A stretch of DNA of 64,000 nucleotides. Source: a virus. Taxonomy: Duplodnaviria; Caudoviricetes. The position numbers were made by a program, and so were the translations under genes. The DNA lies in the IMG/VR virus record IMGVR_UViG_2518645549_000001, positions 1 to 64,000 of that record. One strand, written 5' to 3'. Shown in pieces: positions 17,804 to 26,233 of the stretch. A model generated the notes under the pieces. That model was not told the origin of the DNA. It made no database searches and was given only the letters and a program-made list of their open reading frames with translations. Position 1 is the stretch's first letter. Every line of letters starts with the position of its first letter.

Positions 17804-18013
17804 ATGCACCTGGACCCCGCCAACAAACGCAGCGAAGTGATCAAGTCGCGCTGGAAGCCTGAAGAGGTTCGAAAGCTGCGCATGGAAGCCCGTATGGCTG
17901 GCATGCAGCTGGCCACCTACGTGCACGAACTGGCCAACCTCGGCCGTCGACTGGGCGCTGCTGATCTGCTCCGAGAAATGAACGGCGCTGGTGAGCAGGA
18001 TAAAACGGCCTGA
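17804..18013 (+). CDS. Small regulatory protein (CII position)
   Basis: 69 aa, RHH-like, AGGA RBS. Confidence 0.55.
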   Translation: MHLDPANKRSEVIKSRWKPEEVRKLRMEARMAGMQLATYVHELANLGRRLGAADLLREMNGAGEQDKTA

Positions 18014-18031
18014 AGCCCCTATGGAGGGCCT

Positions 18032-18244
18032 ATGCCTGAAACCACCTTCGAATTGCTGCCAATCGAGGTGAAGGCTGAGGTTCGACAGCTGGCTGCCGAC
18101 CTTGGCTGGAGCCTGGATAGATCGACGGATGAGTACTTGGAAATGAGTCGCTCACTCGCGGTGCAGGAGCAATTGAGACAAATGCGACACAAGGCCCCCG
18201 TGTTGGGGCTGGTAGGGCACAAAAAGGGCCTCGATGTTCCCTGA
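18032..18244 (+). CDS. Small regulatory protein
   Basis: 70 aa, GGAGG RBS. Confidence 0.55.
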   Translation: MPETTFELLPIEVKAEVRQLAADLGWSLDRSTDEYLEMSRSLAVQEQLRQMRHKAPVLGLVGHKKGLDVP

Positions 18245-18287
18245 TTGTTAAAACACAGAGGCCCTCTTTCGGGCTTCTTACAGGCAC

Positions 18288-18314
18288 AAAAAAAGCCGGG
18301 ATTGCGGCCCGGCT
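18288..18314 (-). terminator. Intrinsic terminator-like hairpin
   Basis: A7 followed by AGCCGGG/CCCGGCT stem. Confidence 0.55.
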
Positions 18315-18346
18315 CTCTGCTTCACATAAAACTCTTGAGGTGAATT

Positions 18347-19201
18347 ATGCATCTGCAGGAATCCAGTATACAAGCCCCCTCGAATCTCGCGCCACAAAAC
18401 GCGAAGTTCGATTTCGTGGCGCGCAACCAAATCGTAGCCATCGTCGACGGTGAGGCGGTGACCACCACCGGGACCATCGCTCACGAAACCGGTAATGAGC
18501 ACGCCAGCGTGATTGCCTTGGTTCGCAAGTACCAGGCCGACTTCAGCGAATTCGGAGGGGTGCGATTCCAAATCGAACCCTTCGAGACTGCTGGCGGCAT
18601 GCAATCCCGCGAGATCGCGCTGATGAACGAGCAGCAGGCGACCCTCCTGCTGACCTACATGCGTAACACGGCCATCGTCCGTGAGTTCAAGAAGCGCTTG
18701 GTGAAGGAGTTCTGGCGCCTGGCTAAATCCGGCCCGGCCCAGCCCGCCGACCTGAGCAAGCTGGAAATCCTCCAGATGGCCCTGGAGTCGGAGAAGGCCC
18801 GCGTGCTGCTCACAGTCCAAGTCGAGGCCCAGACCAAGAAGATCGATCACCTGGAAAACCTGTTCAAGGAGGGTATGAGCCACGTCCAGTTCTGCAAGGG
18901 CCTGAATGGGGTCAACGTGATGCAGGTGGGTCACTTCCTTGAAGGCCGAAGCTGGCTCTACAACGAGAGCAAGTCCGGCACCCGGTACCGCGTCGCCGCC
19001 TACGCCCGCGACAAGTACATGACCGAGCACCAGCAAACCATCACCCCTCATGGCAAAGAGGCCTTCATCAGCTTCACGCCGATCCTGCTGCGCAAAGGCG
19101 CCATACGCCTGTACGAGCTGTACCTGGCCGACGAGCTGCCCATGAAGAAGAACTGGGACGGCCTGCACACCCACGACAAGGCCGTGCGGGGTGCAGCATG
19201 A
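18347..19201 (+). CDS. Rha family regulator / antirepressor
   Basis: Rha-like N-domain (HASVIALVRKY...NEQQATLLLTYMRN...FKKRLVKEF) with antirepressor-like C-terminus. Confidence 0.8.
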   Translation: MHLQESSIQAPSNLAPQNAKFDFVARNQIVAIVDGEAVTTTGTIAHETGNEHASVIALVRKYQADFSEFGGVRFQIEPFETAGGMQSREIALMNEQQATLLLTYMRNTAIVREFKKRLVKEFWRLAKSGPAQPADLSKLEILQMALESEKARVLLTVQVEAQTKKIDHLENLFKEGMSHVQFCKGLNGVNVMQVGHFLEGRSWLYNESKSGTRYRVAAYARDKYMTEHQQTITPHGKEAFISFTPILLRKGAIRLYELYLADELPMKKNWDGLHTHDKAVRGAA

Positions 19202-19584
19202 GCACCATCAAGCGAAACCTCCAGAAGCTGGTTGATCGTGTGAAGTTGAATCGTCGCTTCTGTGCTGATGAGCACCACCATGCCCTGGCCGATGGAGTGC
19301 AGGATCTACTCGCTGAGATCGAGCAGCTTCGTGAAGCCAATGAGCAGGTGTGCACCAACTACAACCGCGTGAGCTTCACATCAGAGGAGCGCGGCAAGCA
19401 AATCGATCAGCTAAAGGCCGAGAACGAAGAGCTCAAGCAGAACATGTACTACAGCGACCAAATTATCGAGACCAGGACCCGTCTGCTGAAATTGATCCCA
19501 CCATGCCCTGTGCACGGCGAGGAGTGTGTTCCACATGCGATGGAATGGGTGTCCGCAGCTCTGGCCAAGGAGCGTGCTCAGTGA
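19198..19584 (+). CDS. Ead/Ea22-like hypothetical protein
   Basis: LLAEIEQLR coiled coil, CPVHG motif. Confidence 0.55.
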   Translation: MSTIKRNLQKLVDRVKLNRRFCADEHHHALADGVQDLLAEIEQLREANEQVCTNYNRVSFTSEERGKQIDQLKAENEELKQNMYYSDQIIETRTRLLKLIPPCPVHGEECVPHAMEWVSAALAKERAQ

Positions 19585-20366
19585 GCGTCCAATCCATGTC
19601 CTGGGCTTTGGAGCAGCGCGACATCGTAGACGCCACTGCGCGCTACGTGCTGCTGGTCCTGGCCAACTATGCCGACAAGAACGGCCGAGGGGCTTTTCCG
19701 TCCTCCGCAAGCATCAGCGATGACACTGGCCTGTCCATCCGCACGGTCAAGTACAAGCTCGACCACCTGCTGGAGATCGGCGTAATTCGCCTTGGAAATC
19801 AGGCAATTGCCGGCGCCTACATCGACCGTCACGACCGTCGCCCGACCGTCTACGACTTGTGCATAGAACGGGGTGCACCAGTTGCACCCGGTTCGGAACG
19901 GGGTGCAAATGACGACAGAACGGGGTGCAGCTCACGACAGAACGGGGTGCAAGCCACGATAGAACGGGGTGCAGGAGCTGCACCCAATCCATCAATAAAC
20001 CATCAAGGAACCATCAAAGAACCGAAGGGGCCAGTCGCTGACGCTCCTGCGGCTCCGAAGAATGGCCAGAAGTTCGACCCGTTGACTGCCAAGCCGGGCA
20101 ACGTGAGCAGCGCTGTTTGGGCTGACTGGTGCCAGCACCGCAAAGAGATCCGCAAGCCGCTGACCGCCACCACCTGCGCGAAGCAGGCCAAGACCCTGGC
20201 CGGCCACCACGCGCCTGACGCCGTGATCAACCAGTCAATCAGCAACGGCTGGACCGGCCTGTTCCCGGAGAAGGTGCTGCCGGGTGCACAGCAGCGCGGT
20301 ACCCGCTCCAACGAACCCGACTTCAACGACTCATCCTGGGCCGAAGGGCTGATGGTGCGCACATGA
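19581..20366 (+). CDS. Replication initiator (lambda O-like, HTH_36)
   Basis: VLLVLANYAD...FPSSASISDDTGLSIRTV wHTH, internal iterons, C-terminal SISNGWTGLF. Confidence 0.85.
   Translation: MSVQSMSWALEQRDIVDATARYVLLVLANYADKNGRGAFPSSASISDDTGLSIRTVKYKLDHLLEIGVIRLGNQAIAGAYIDRHDRRPTVYDLCIERGAPVAPGSERGANDDRTGCSSRQNGVQATIERGAGAAPNPSINHQGTIKEPKGPVADAPAAPKNGQKFDPLTAKPGNVSSAVWADWCQHRKEIRKPLTATTCAKQAKTLAGHHAPDAVINQSISNGWTGLFPEKVLPGAQQRGTRSNEPDFNDSSWAEGLMVRT
19866..19973 (+). repeat. Replication origin iterons
   Basis: GAACGGGGTGCA at 19866, 19896, 19918, 19940, 19962 (spacing 30,22,22,22) plus an inverted variant at 19883-19894. Confidence 0.85.
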
Positions 20367-21088
20367 AATCAGCAAACCAACTGATGGCGGCGATGCAGAA
20401 CCTACCGCCAGAGCTGCACGGCGGCCCGGTTGTTGTCTCGCTGGAGACGGCCGAGGTGGTCAATGGCCTGTTCCGCCGTCTGCGCGGCATCTTCCCTGCC
20501 TGGCGCCAAGCCTGGCCATCCACCGAGGCTCTGGCGGCCGCCAAGGAGGAGTGGATCAAGGAGTTCGCCGCCGAGGGCATCCGCACCATCGAGCAGATCG
20601 AGTTCGGCATCGAGAAGTGCCGCAAGCTCAAGAAGCCCTTTGCGCCGAGCGTTGGCGAGTTCATCGCCATGTGCCAGCCGACGCCTGAGGACTTCGGCAT
20701 GCCGGCGCCGGCCGCTGCCTGGGTCGAGGCCCTGCTGGGCGTCTATAGCCACGAGGGGGTGAAGATCGCCGCCGTGGCCACCGGGTTGTTCGACCTGCGC
20801 GCCGCACAGCAGAACGACAAGGGCCTGCAGGCGCGCTTCGACCGGGCCTACGAGATCGTGCTGCGCCGGGCAAAGGAAGGCCAGCCACTGGACGGCAAGA
20901 TCGCCACCGGCATCGGCCACGACAGCCAGAAGAGCCTGAGCGATCTGGCAGACGAATACGCAAGCCAACGCCAGGCCCGCCTGCTGGACCTTCAGCAGAT
21001 CCCGTCGAGCGTCGCCGCGTGCCGTGCACACCTGCTGGCCAAGTTGAACATCAAGCGCGCCGGGCAGCCGGCCGGGGAGGGGGTGTGA
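20363..21088 (+). CDS. Replication protein P-like helicase loader
   Basis: LFRRLRGIFPAW...KEEWIKEF...PFAPSVGEFIAMC, directly after O-like gene. Confidence 0.8.
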   Translation: MKSANQLMAAMQNLPPELHGGPVVVSLETAEVVNGLFRRLRGIFPAWRQAWPSTEALAAAKEEWIKEFAAEGIRTIEQIEFGIEKCRKLKKPFAPSVGEFIAMCQPTPEDFGMPAPAAAWVEALLGVYSHEGVKIAAVATGLFDLRAAQQNDKGLQARFDRAYEIVLRRAKEGQPLDGKIATGIGHDSQKSLSDLADEYASQRQARLLDLQQIPSSVAACRAHLLAKLNIKRAGQPAGEGV

Positions 21089-21297
21089 TGCGTACCTACC
21101 TCAAAGCCGTGCTGATGATCGTGCTGGCACCGACCGTGATCATCGCGGCATCTGCGGCCTTCACCCTGTGGGTCAGGTTCGCCGTGTCACTGGATCTGTC
21201 GTGGCCCGCGAAGCTGGCGATCATGGTAGGCCCGTCGATCCTGCTGGCCGCCATCCCCTCCGCCTGGCTGATGAACAAGCTCGAGGAGAAGCACTGA
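21088..21297 (+). CDS. Small two-TM protein
   Basis: 69 aa, hydrophobic, coupled. Confidence 0.55.
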   Translation: MRTYLKAVLMIVLAPTVIIAASAAFTLWVRFAVSLDLSWPAKLAIMVGPSILLAAIPSAWLMNKLEEKH

Positions 21298-21578
21298 TGG
21301 ACACCAACAAGATGCGCGAGCAGTTCGAGCAATGGGCCAAGAATCGATACAGCTGGCACCTGCATGACGATGCCCGTGATCCAGAAGAGCGGACCCTGGC
21401 CAGCTGGAATGGCGATGCTTACGGCAACCGGATTGTTGAAGGCATGTGGCAAGCCTGGCAGGCCTCCCGCGAGGCCGTGGTGGTGGAGCTGCTCGCAGAT
21501 GACGGCATGGATGGCCATCTGTGGGCGCCCGATGTAGTCGCAGCCATCGAGGCCCAAGGTCTGAAGGTGGCGCCATGA
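21297..21578 (+). CDS. Phage hypothetical protein
   Basis: MDTNKMREQFEQW...MWQAWQASR. Confidence 0.7.
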   Translation: MDTNKMREQFEQWAKNRYSWHLHDDARDPEERTLASWNGDAYGNRIVEGMWQAWQASREAVVVELLADDGMDGHLWAPDVVAAIEAQGLKVAP

Positions 21579-22045
21579 CCGAGAAAATATCTGTCAACAG
21601 CCAGGCCAAGCTGTCCGAGGCAATCACCATGATGACCCGGCTGTTCCGCGATAAGAAGTTCGTCGTGGTCAGCATGCGCCCGGGCAGGGACCGCACCCTT
21701 GACCAGAACGCCCTGTGGTGGGCGATGTACGACCGGATCGCCAAGAGCACCGAGATGGGCGAAATCGAGGATGTCCGCCGGTACTGCAAGCTGCACTTCG
21801 GCGTGCCGATCATGCGCGCCGGCTGTGAAGAGTTCCGCACCGGCTGGGCCGAGTCGTTCATCCATCTGCCGTATGAGGTGAAGCTGCGCCTGATGGGGCC
21901 GTGCGCGATGTTCGGTCCGGATGGCTTCCCGGTGACCCGGCTGTTCGACCGGGCCCAGGGCTGCCAGTACACAGACCGCATCGTGGCAGAGTTCGCGCCG
22001 CAGGGCGTGTTCTTTGGTGACCTGCTGAGCGAGGAGGCGGCATGA
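21575..22045 (+). CDS. NinB-like protein
   Basis: RTLDQNALWWAM motif in the nin region. Confidence 0.7.
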   Translation: MTEKISVNSQAKLSEAITMMTRLFRDKKFVVVSMRPGRDRTLDQNALWWAMYDRIAKSTEMGEIEDVRRYCKLHFGVPIMRAGCEEFRTGWAESFIHLPYEVKLRLMGPCAMFGPDGFPVTRLFDRAQGCQYTDRIVAEFAPQGVFFGDLLSEEAA

Positions 22046-22407
22046 GACCAGTCAACAAAGTCGCAGCTCGAGTTGTTGCAAATGGAGAGTCTTTCGAGTT
22101 TCGGGCTCTGCCTACGGAAGTCTGCTCTGGCCTGCCGCTGCCAACAAAGCCAGTTCCCGGTGGCGTTGAAGATCTGAGCGGCCGAAAGTTCGGGCGGCTC
22201 ACCGTCATCGGTCTGAGCGCCGACTTGCGCGGGCGCTGGGTTTGTCGCTGCACCTGCAGTAACTACGTGATTCGCCGAACAGCAGCGGTCCTGAATGCTG
22301 CCCCTGACTCGTCGTGCCCGCAATGCTATTTGCTGGCTGTGGCCAAGCGTCACGAGTTCATCCGCCGCACCGGGAAGGAGCGACACACCAGGGAGTTCAT
22401 GGCATGA
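22042..22407 (+). CDS. Hypothetical protein with homing-endonuclease-like N-terminal motif
   Basis: DLSGRKFGRLTVIG...WVCRCTCSN. Confidence 0.55.
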   Translation: MRPVNKVAARVVANGESFEFRALPTEVCSGLPLPTKPVPGGVEDLSGRKFGRLTVIGLSADLRGRWVCRCTCSNYVIRRTAAVLNAAPDSSCPQCYLLAVAKRHEFIRRTGKERHTREFMA

Positions 22408-23003
22408 GGACAGAGATCAAGCCGAAGAAGTGCAAGGCGCCAGGTTGTGGAAAGCACTTCACGCCGACCATGACCACGCAGAAGGTGTGCAGCATCGCAT
22501 GTGCCAAGGCCATCGCCAAAGATCCGAAGCTGCAGAAGGTTGCGGCCAAGGCTATCACCAAGCAGGCCCGCCAGGACCTGCAGGAGCGCCGGGAGAAGCT
22601 GAAGACTCGCCGCGAGCACATGGCTGAGGCACAGACCGCGTTCAATGCCTACATCCGCGAGCGCGACGCCGGCCTGCCGTGTATCAGCTGCGACGCGAAC
22701 CCAAGCGACCACGACCTCATCACCGGCAGCCGCTGGGACGCTGGCCATTACCGGTCGGTGGGCGCCTGCCCGGAGTTGCGGTTCGAGCCGCTCAACGTCC
22801 ACCGGCAGTGCGTTAAGTGTAACCGGAACCTTTCGGGTAACGCGGTCGAGTACCGCATTCGCTTGGTCAAGCGCATCGGCGCCGACCAGGTTGAATGGCT
22901 CGAAGGGCCTCATAAGCCCCAGCGCCTGACCATCGAAGACCTGCAGGCCATCAAGGCACTGTACAGGCAGAAGCTCAAAGACCTGAGGAGGGCTGCAGCA
23001 TGA
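22404..23003 (+). CDS. ninG: NinG/Rap Holliday junction endonuclease
   Basis: FNAYIRERD, CISC, DAGHYRS, NVHRQCVKCN. Confidence 0.9.
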   Translation: MRTEIKPKKCKAPGCGKHFTPTMTTQKVCSIACAKAIAKDPKLQKVAAKAITKQARQDLQERREKLKTRREHMAEAQTAFNAYIRERDAGLPCISCDANPSDHDLITGSRWDAGHYRSVGACPELRFEPLNVHRQCVKCNRNLSGNAVEYRIRLVKRIGADQVEWLEGPHKPQRLTIEDLQAIKALYRQKLKDLRRAAA

Positions 23004-23131
23004 ACTGGACACCAATCGACAGCGCCCAGCTGCTGGCTCTGGGCATTTTCATCTTCGCCGGATACTGCATCGTGCGTGGAATGGTGCTCAAGGCGCGTCG
23101 CAAGCGCGAGGAGGGTGGCCCATGCAACTGA
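23000..23131 (+). CDS. Small membrane peptide
   Basis: 43 aa, single TM, coupled to ninG. Confidence 0.5.
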   Translation: MNWTPIDSAQLLALGIFIFAGYCIVRGMVLKARRKREEGGPCN

Positions 23132-23712
23132 ACAGCGCGCGTCAGGCCTGGCACGACTGCTACCACGTCGCCTGGGACAGCCAGGGGTCGTTCATCGAGC
23201 AGCTTGGGCTGCTGGGGGCCATGGTCCAGACCACGGAACGGCAGCGCCACGCCGGCCACGCCGCACACCAGGTCATCGCCGGCCAGGTGCAGTCGGCGAT
23301 CGGCAAGCTAACCGCGCACGTGAAGGCCTTCGGCAACTTCATGTACTCACCGCGGCTCGATGTCGACACCAAGGAGACGGCCGAAGAATCGGTTTTCATC
23401 ATGGTGATGCAGCGCTCTCCGCGCATGACCGCCGCCAAGCGCGAAAAGCTCGAGTACGTGGTCAAGGGCGTCATGGCCCGGTACCGGTACATGCACCAGG
23501 GCGGCCAGTCGGCCAACGAGGACCCGCTGGTGTCTCCTGAGGGGTTCCGCGCATGGATGGATGCCCATTACGGGGTAGCGCTGGATTCGCGCAACTGGGA
23601 GCGCGATTGGGGTGATGTGATCCGCGTTGCCTTCGAGTGCTGCGAGGATCTGGACAGGGATGCACTGAGCCCGGTGGCAGCGGCAATTTACGAAATGCGC
23701 AGGGCCGCTTGA
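23122..23712 (+). CDS. Late antiterminator (Q-like)
   Basis: Last early-right gene, followed by promoter-terminator pair. Confidence 0.65.
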   Translation: MQLNSARQAWHDCYHVAWDSQGSFIEQLGLLGAMVQTTERQRHAGHAAHQVIAGQVQSAIGKLTAHVKAFGNFMYSPRLDVDTKETAEESVFIMVMQRSPRMTAAKREKLEYVVKGVMARYRYMHQGGQSANEDPLVSPEGFRAWMDAHYGVALDSRNWERDWGDVIRVAFECCEDLDRDALSPVAAAIYEMRRAA

Positions 23713-23719
23713 GGCCCTA

Positions 23720-23748
23720 TTGCGTTCCCGTGCGGGTGGTGGCATGAT
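23720..23748 (+). promoter_or_regulatory. Late promoter pR'
   Basis: TTGCGT, 17 bp, CATGAT just after Q. Confidence 0.55.
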
Positions 23749-23790
23749 TTCGCCATCCTGATAATTTTGCCTTCGGCAAACACCCACATG

Positions 23791-23817
23791 AACCCGGCCA
23801 TTGCGCCGGGTTTTTTG
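23791..23817 (+). terminator. tR'-like intrinsic terminator
   Basis: AACCCGGC/GCCGGGTT stem followed by T run. Confidence 0.8.
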
Positions 23818-23839
23818 TTGCCTGTCGGGTGAGCTGGGA

Positions 23840-24034
23840 CCCACTGCCAGTGTGGCCCGAAAGGGATAACTGGACGCGGATAAGCCGGTAGTGCCGCGAT
23901 GCAGGAAAACACCGGCAGCCCGCGCACCCTTACCTCACATGCTCCGGGGTGGCGCGAGATCTGACCGGCGAGACCAGTGCAGTAGGGCGCTGGCGTCGGG
24001 AGGGTCTTCGGCGGACAGGTGGGGAAAGACCCAC
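23840..24034 (+). ncRNA. Putative structured RNA in the late leader
   Basis: Several stems, a CCC-GAAA-GGG tetraloop and a possible pseudoknot; no convincing ORF. Confidence 0.45.
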
Positions 24035-24039
24035 GCATA

Positions 24040-24113
24040 GCGGGCAAGCAGCAGGTTTGCCGCCAGCCTTCCAAGCTGAGCAGAGAAGGGTTCGATTCCC
24101 TCTGCCCGCCCCA
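24040..24113 (+). tRNA. Atypical tRNA-Gly(TCC), possibly pseudo
   Basis: GCGGGCA/TGCCCGC acceptor, CT-TCC-AA loop, GGTTCGATTCC T arm, CCA end; A at position 8, weak D arm, C discriminator. Confidence 0.7.
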
Positions 24114-24193
24114 ATTTCGTTATGTGCTGCTCCGCACGCTTGCCCGGTCCCTCAATAGGGATTCCCCGGGCCCTTTATTCCAAGGACACCCCT

Positions 24194-24517
24194 ATGGCCG
24201 AACCAACAAGCGCCGCTGCCAGCGTAGTGCTGGGCAAATACGGGTTGGTGATGGCTGCTTTCATCGGCTCGATCCTCTCTCTGGGCTTCCTGAAGGATCT
24301 GACCCGCTTCCAGGCCGCTACTGCGGTCGCCACTGGCTTCGGCTTCTCGGTCTACCTGACCCAGCCCGTCACCGCCTGGCTTGCCCCAAAGCTTGAGCTT
24401 GCGGTAACCGATGATCTGCTGTGCGGGGTAGCGTTCGTACTCGGCCTCACCGCCATGAACATCATCCCCGCGATCAAGGCTGCCATGGGGTCGTTCGTCA
24501 CGGCGCGAGGTGCCTGA
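24194..24517 (+). CDS. Holin
   Basis: 107 aa, three hydrophobic segments, first late gene, AAGGA RBS. Confidence 0.7.
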   Translation: MAEPTSAAASVVLGKYGLVMAAFIGSILSLGFLKDLTRFQAATAVATGFGFSVYLTQPVTAWLAPKLELAVTDDLLCGVAFVLGLTAMNIIPAIKAAMGSFVTARGA

Positions 24518-24518
24518 T

Positions 24519-24782
24519 ATGAACAACATCCTGGTTTCAGCGCTGACGGCCTTGGACGTGTTCCTGTGCGTCATGGTCGTGCTCGCTGCCTGCGACTACC
24601 TGCGCAAGGTTCGCCCGGTGGATCAGCCGCTGCTGAGCATCGCCTTCTACCTGGTAGCCATCGGCGGGTTCGGCGCATTCATCACCGCCCTTCAAGGGCA
24701 TTGGGTGAACCCCTTTGGTGTGGTGCTCCACGCCGGGGTGGTTGCCTATGCCTGGGCCCGTCGCGGTCACGTCTTTAGCTGA
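24519..24782 (+). CDS. Second holin-like / antiholin membrane protein
   Basis: 87 aa, three TM segments, basic C-terminus. Confidence 0.6.
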   Translation: MNNILVSALTALDVFLCVMVVLAACDYLRKVRPVDQPLLSIAFYLVAIGGFGAFITALQGHWVNPFGVVLHAGVVAYAWARRGHVFS

Positions 24783-24832
24783 TCCGCGCCACAAAACAAT
24801 GAAGTGCCATTTCGTGGCGCGGAGACAAATCT

Positions 24833-26233
24833 GTGACCACATCAAAACCGCGAATTCAAGTGCCATCTGGCGGGATTGTCACATCGGACAGTCTTTCCAA
24901 CCTGGTCGCCAACATCGGCACCAACCGCGACAAGCGCATGCACAACCGGTTCGGGTTTCAGTTCGTCACCCCGTACGAACTGGAGGCGGCGTATCAGTCC
25001 AACTGGCTGGCCCGGCGCATCGTGGACAAGCCCAACGAAGATGCATTGCGCGAGTGGCGCACCTTCAGCGGCAAGGACGCGAAGAAGATCGCAGCCGAAG
25101 AGCGCCGACTTGGTGTGCAGCAGAAATACCTGGATGCATGCTGCTGGGCTGACCTGTACGGCGGCGCAGCCATGCTGATGATCACCGGCCAGGATTTGAG
25201 CAAGCCGCTCAACCTGGACAAGGTGAAGAAAGGCGGACTCAAGAACATCGTCGTGTTCGACCGTTGGGACATTCAGCCGAGCCAGTTCAACTTCACCGAT
25301 CCTCTGGCGCCCAACTGGATGCTGCCCGAGGTGTACACGGTCGTGAATGGCCAGCAGCCCATCCACTACTCGCACGTCATCCGCCGCACTGGCGCCCGCC
25401 TGCCTCGCCGCATGGCTCAGTTCGAACAGGGCTGGGGTGATAGCCGCCTTCGTCGCTGCATGGAAGATCTGCGCGATGTGGTGGCGACCAAGGGCGGTAT
25501 CGCATCGCTGGTGCTTGAGGCGAACGTCGACACCATCAGCGTGAAGGGGCTGCAGGGTGCATTGTCCAGCGCGCAGTGTGATCAGATCACTGAACGCTAC
25601 CGCTTGTTCGGCATGCTCAAGGGGATCATCAACCTTGGCCTGCTGGACCAGGACAACGAGGTCTATGACCGCAAGAGCATCGCCTTCTCCGGCCTGAGCC
25701 AGATCATGGAGCAGTTCATGGTCTGGACTGCCGGCGCCGCAGAGATGCCGGTGACCGAGCTATGGGGGCAGTCTGCCGCTGGCCTGAGCGCTACCGGTGA
25801 CGGCGACCTCAAGACCTATCACGGCACCATCAAGGGCAAACAGGATGGCCAGATGCGCCGAGACCTTGAGCGCCTGGATGAGGTGATGATCCGCTCCGCG
25901 CTGGGCACATACCCCGAAGACATCGAGTTCGAGTGGAATCCGCTCTACCAGAAGTCGAGCGTGGAAGAGGCTCAGGAGGACCTGGCAGACGCCCAGGCCG
26001 ATCAGCTCAATATCGAGAGCCGCATCATTCGCCCGAGCCATGCCATGCGCCGCGCTCAGGCCAAGGGCCGATACGCCATCACCGACGAGCAGATCGCCGC
26101 CCAAGAGCAGCGTGAGAAGGACGAAGACAATGGCCTTGGCAGCGAAGAAGACCTCGACGCCTTCACCCTTGGAGGCCCTGACGGCGACAAACAAGACCCT
26201 GCTGGCGAGAAAGAGAAAACCCCGGGAGCCTGA
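24833..26233 (+). CDS. Portal protein (DUF1073/HI1409 family)
   Basis: YQSNWLARRIVDKPNEDALREW; MPVTELWGQSAAGLSATGDGD; EFEWNPL. Confidence 0.85.
   Translation: MTTSKPRIQVPSGGIVTSDSLSNLVANIGTNRDKRMHNRFGFQFVTPYELEAAYQSNWLARRIVDKPNEDALREWRTFSGKDAKKIAAEERRLGVQQKYLDACCWADLYGGAAMLMITGQDLSKPLNLDKVKKGGLKNIVVFDRWDIQPSQFNFTDPLAPNWMLPEVYTVVNGQQPIHYSHVIRRTGARLPRRMAQFEQGWGDSRLRRCMEDLRDVVATKGGIASLVLEANVDTISVKGLQGALSSAQCDQITERYRLFGMLKGIINLGLLDQDNEVYDRKSIAFSGLSQIMEQFMVWTAGAAEMPVTELWGQSAAGLSATGDGDLKTYHGTIKGKQDGQMRRDLERLDEVMIRSALGTYPEDIEFEWNPLYQKSSVEEAQEDLADAQADQLNIESRIIRPSHAMRRAQAKGRYAITDEQIAAQEQREKDEDNGLGSEEDLDAFTLGGPDGDKQDPAGEKEKTPGA

Noticed and set aside
19866-19973. CRISPR-like array
   Set aside because: 12-bp repeats with mostly 10-bp gaps inside the initiator gene are iterons; no cas genes
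21187-22386. Long antisense ORFs (also 26163-27095, 28561-29565, 32884-33897)
   Set aside because: Shadows of high-GC sense genes with no motifs or RBS
24833-26233. Anti-CBASS Acb1 label sometimes attached to DUF1073 proteins
   Set aside because: Size, motifs and position fit a portal; no fused 2H phosphoesterase domain is evident
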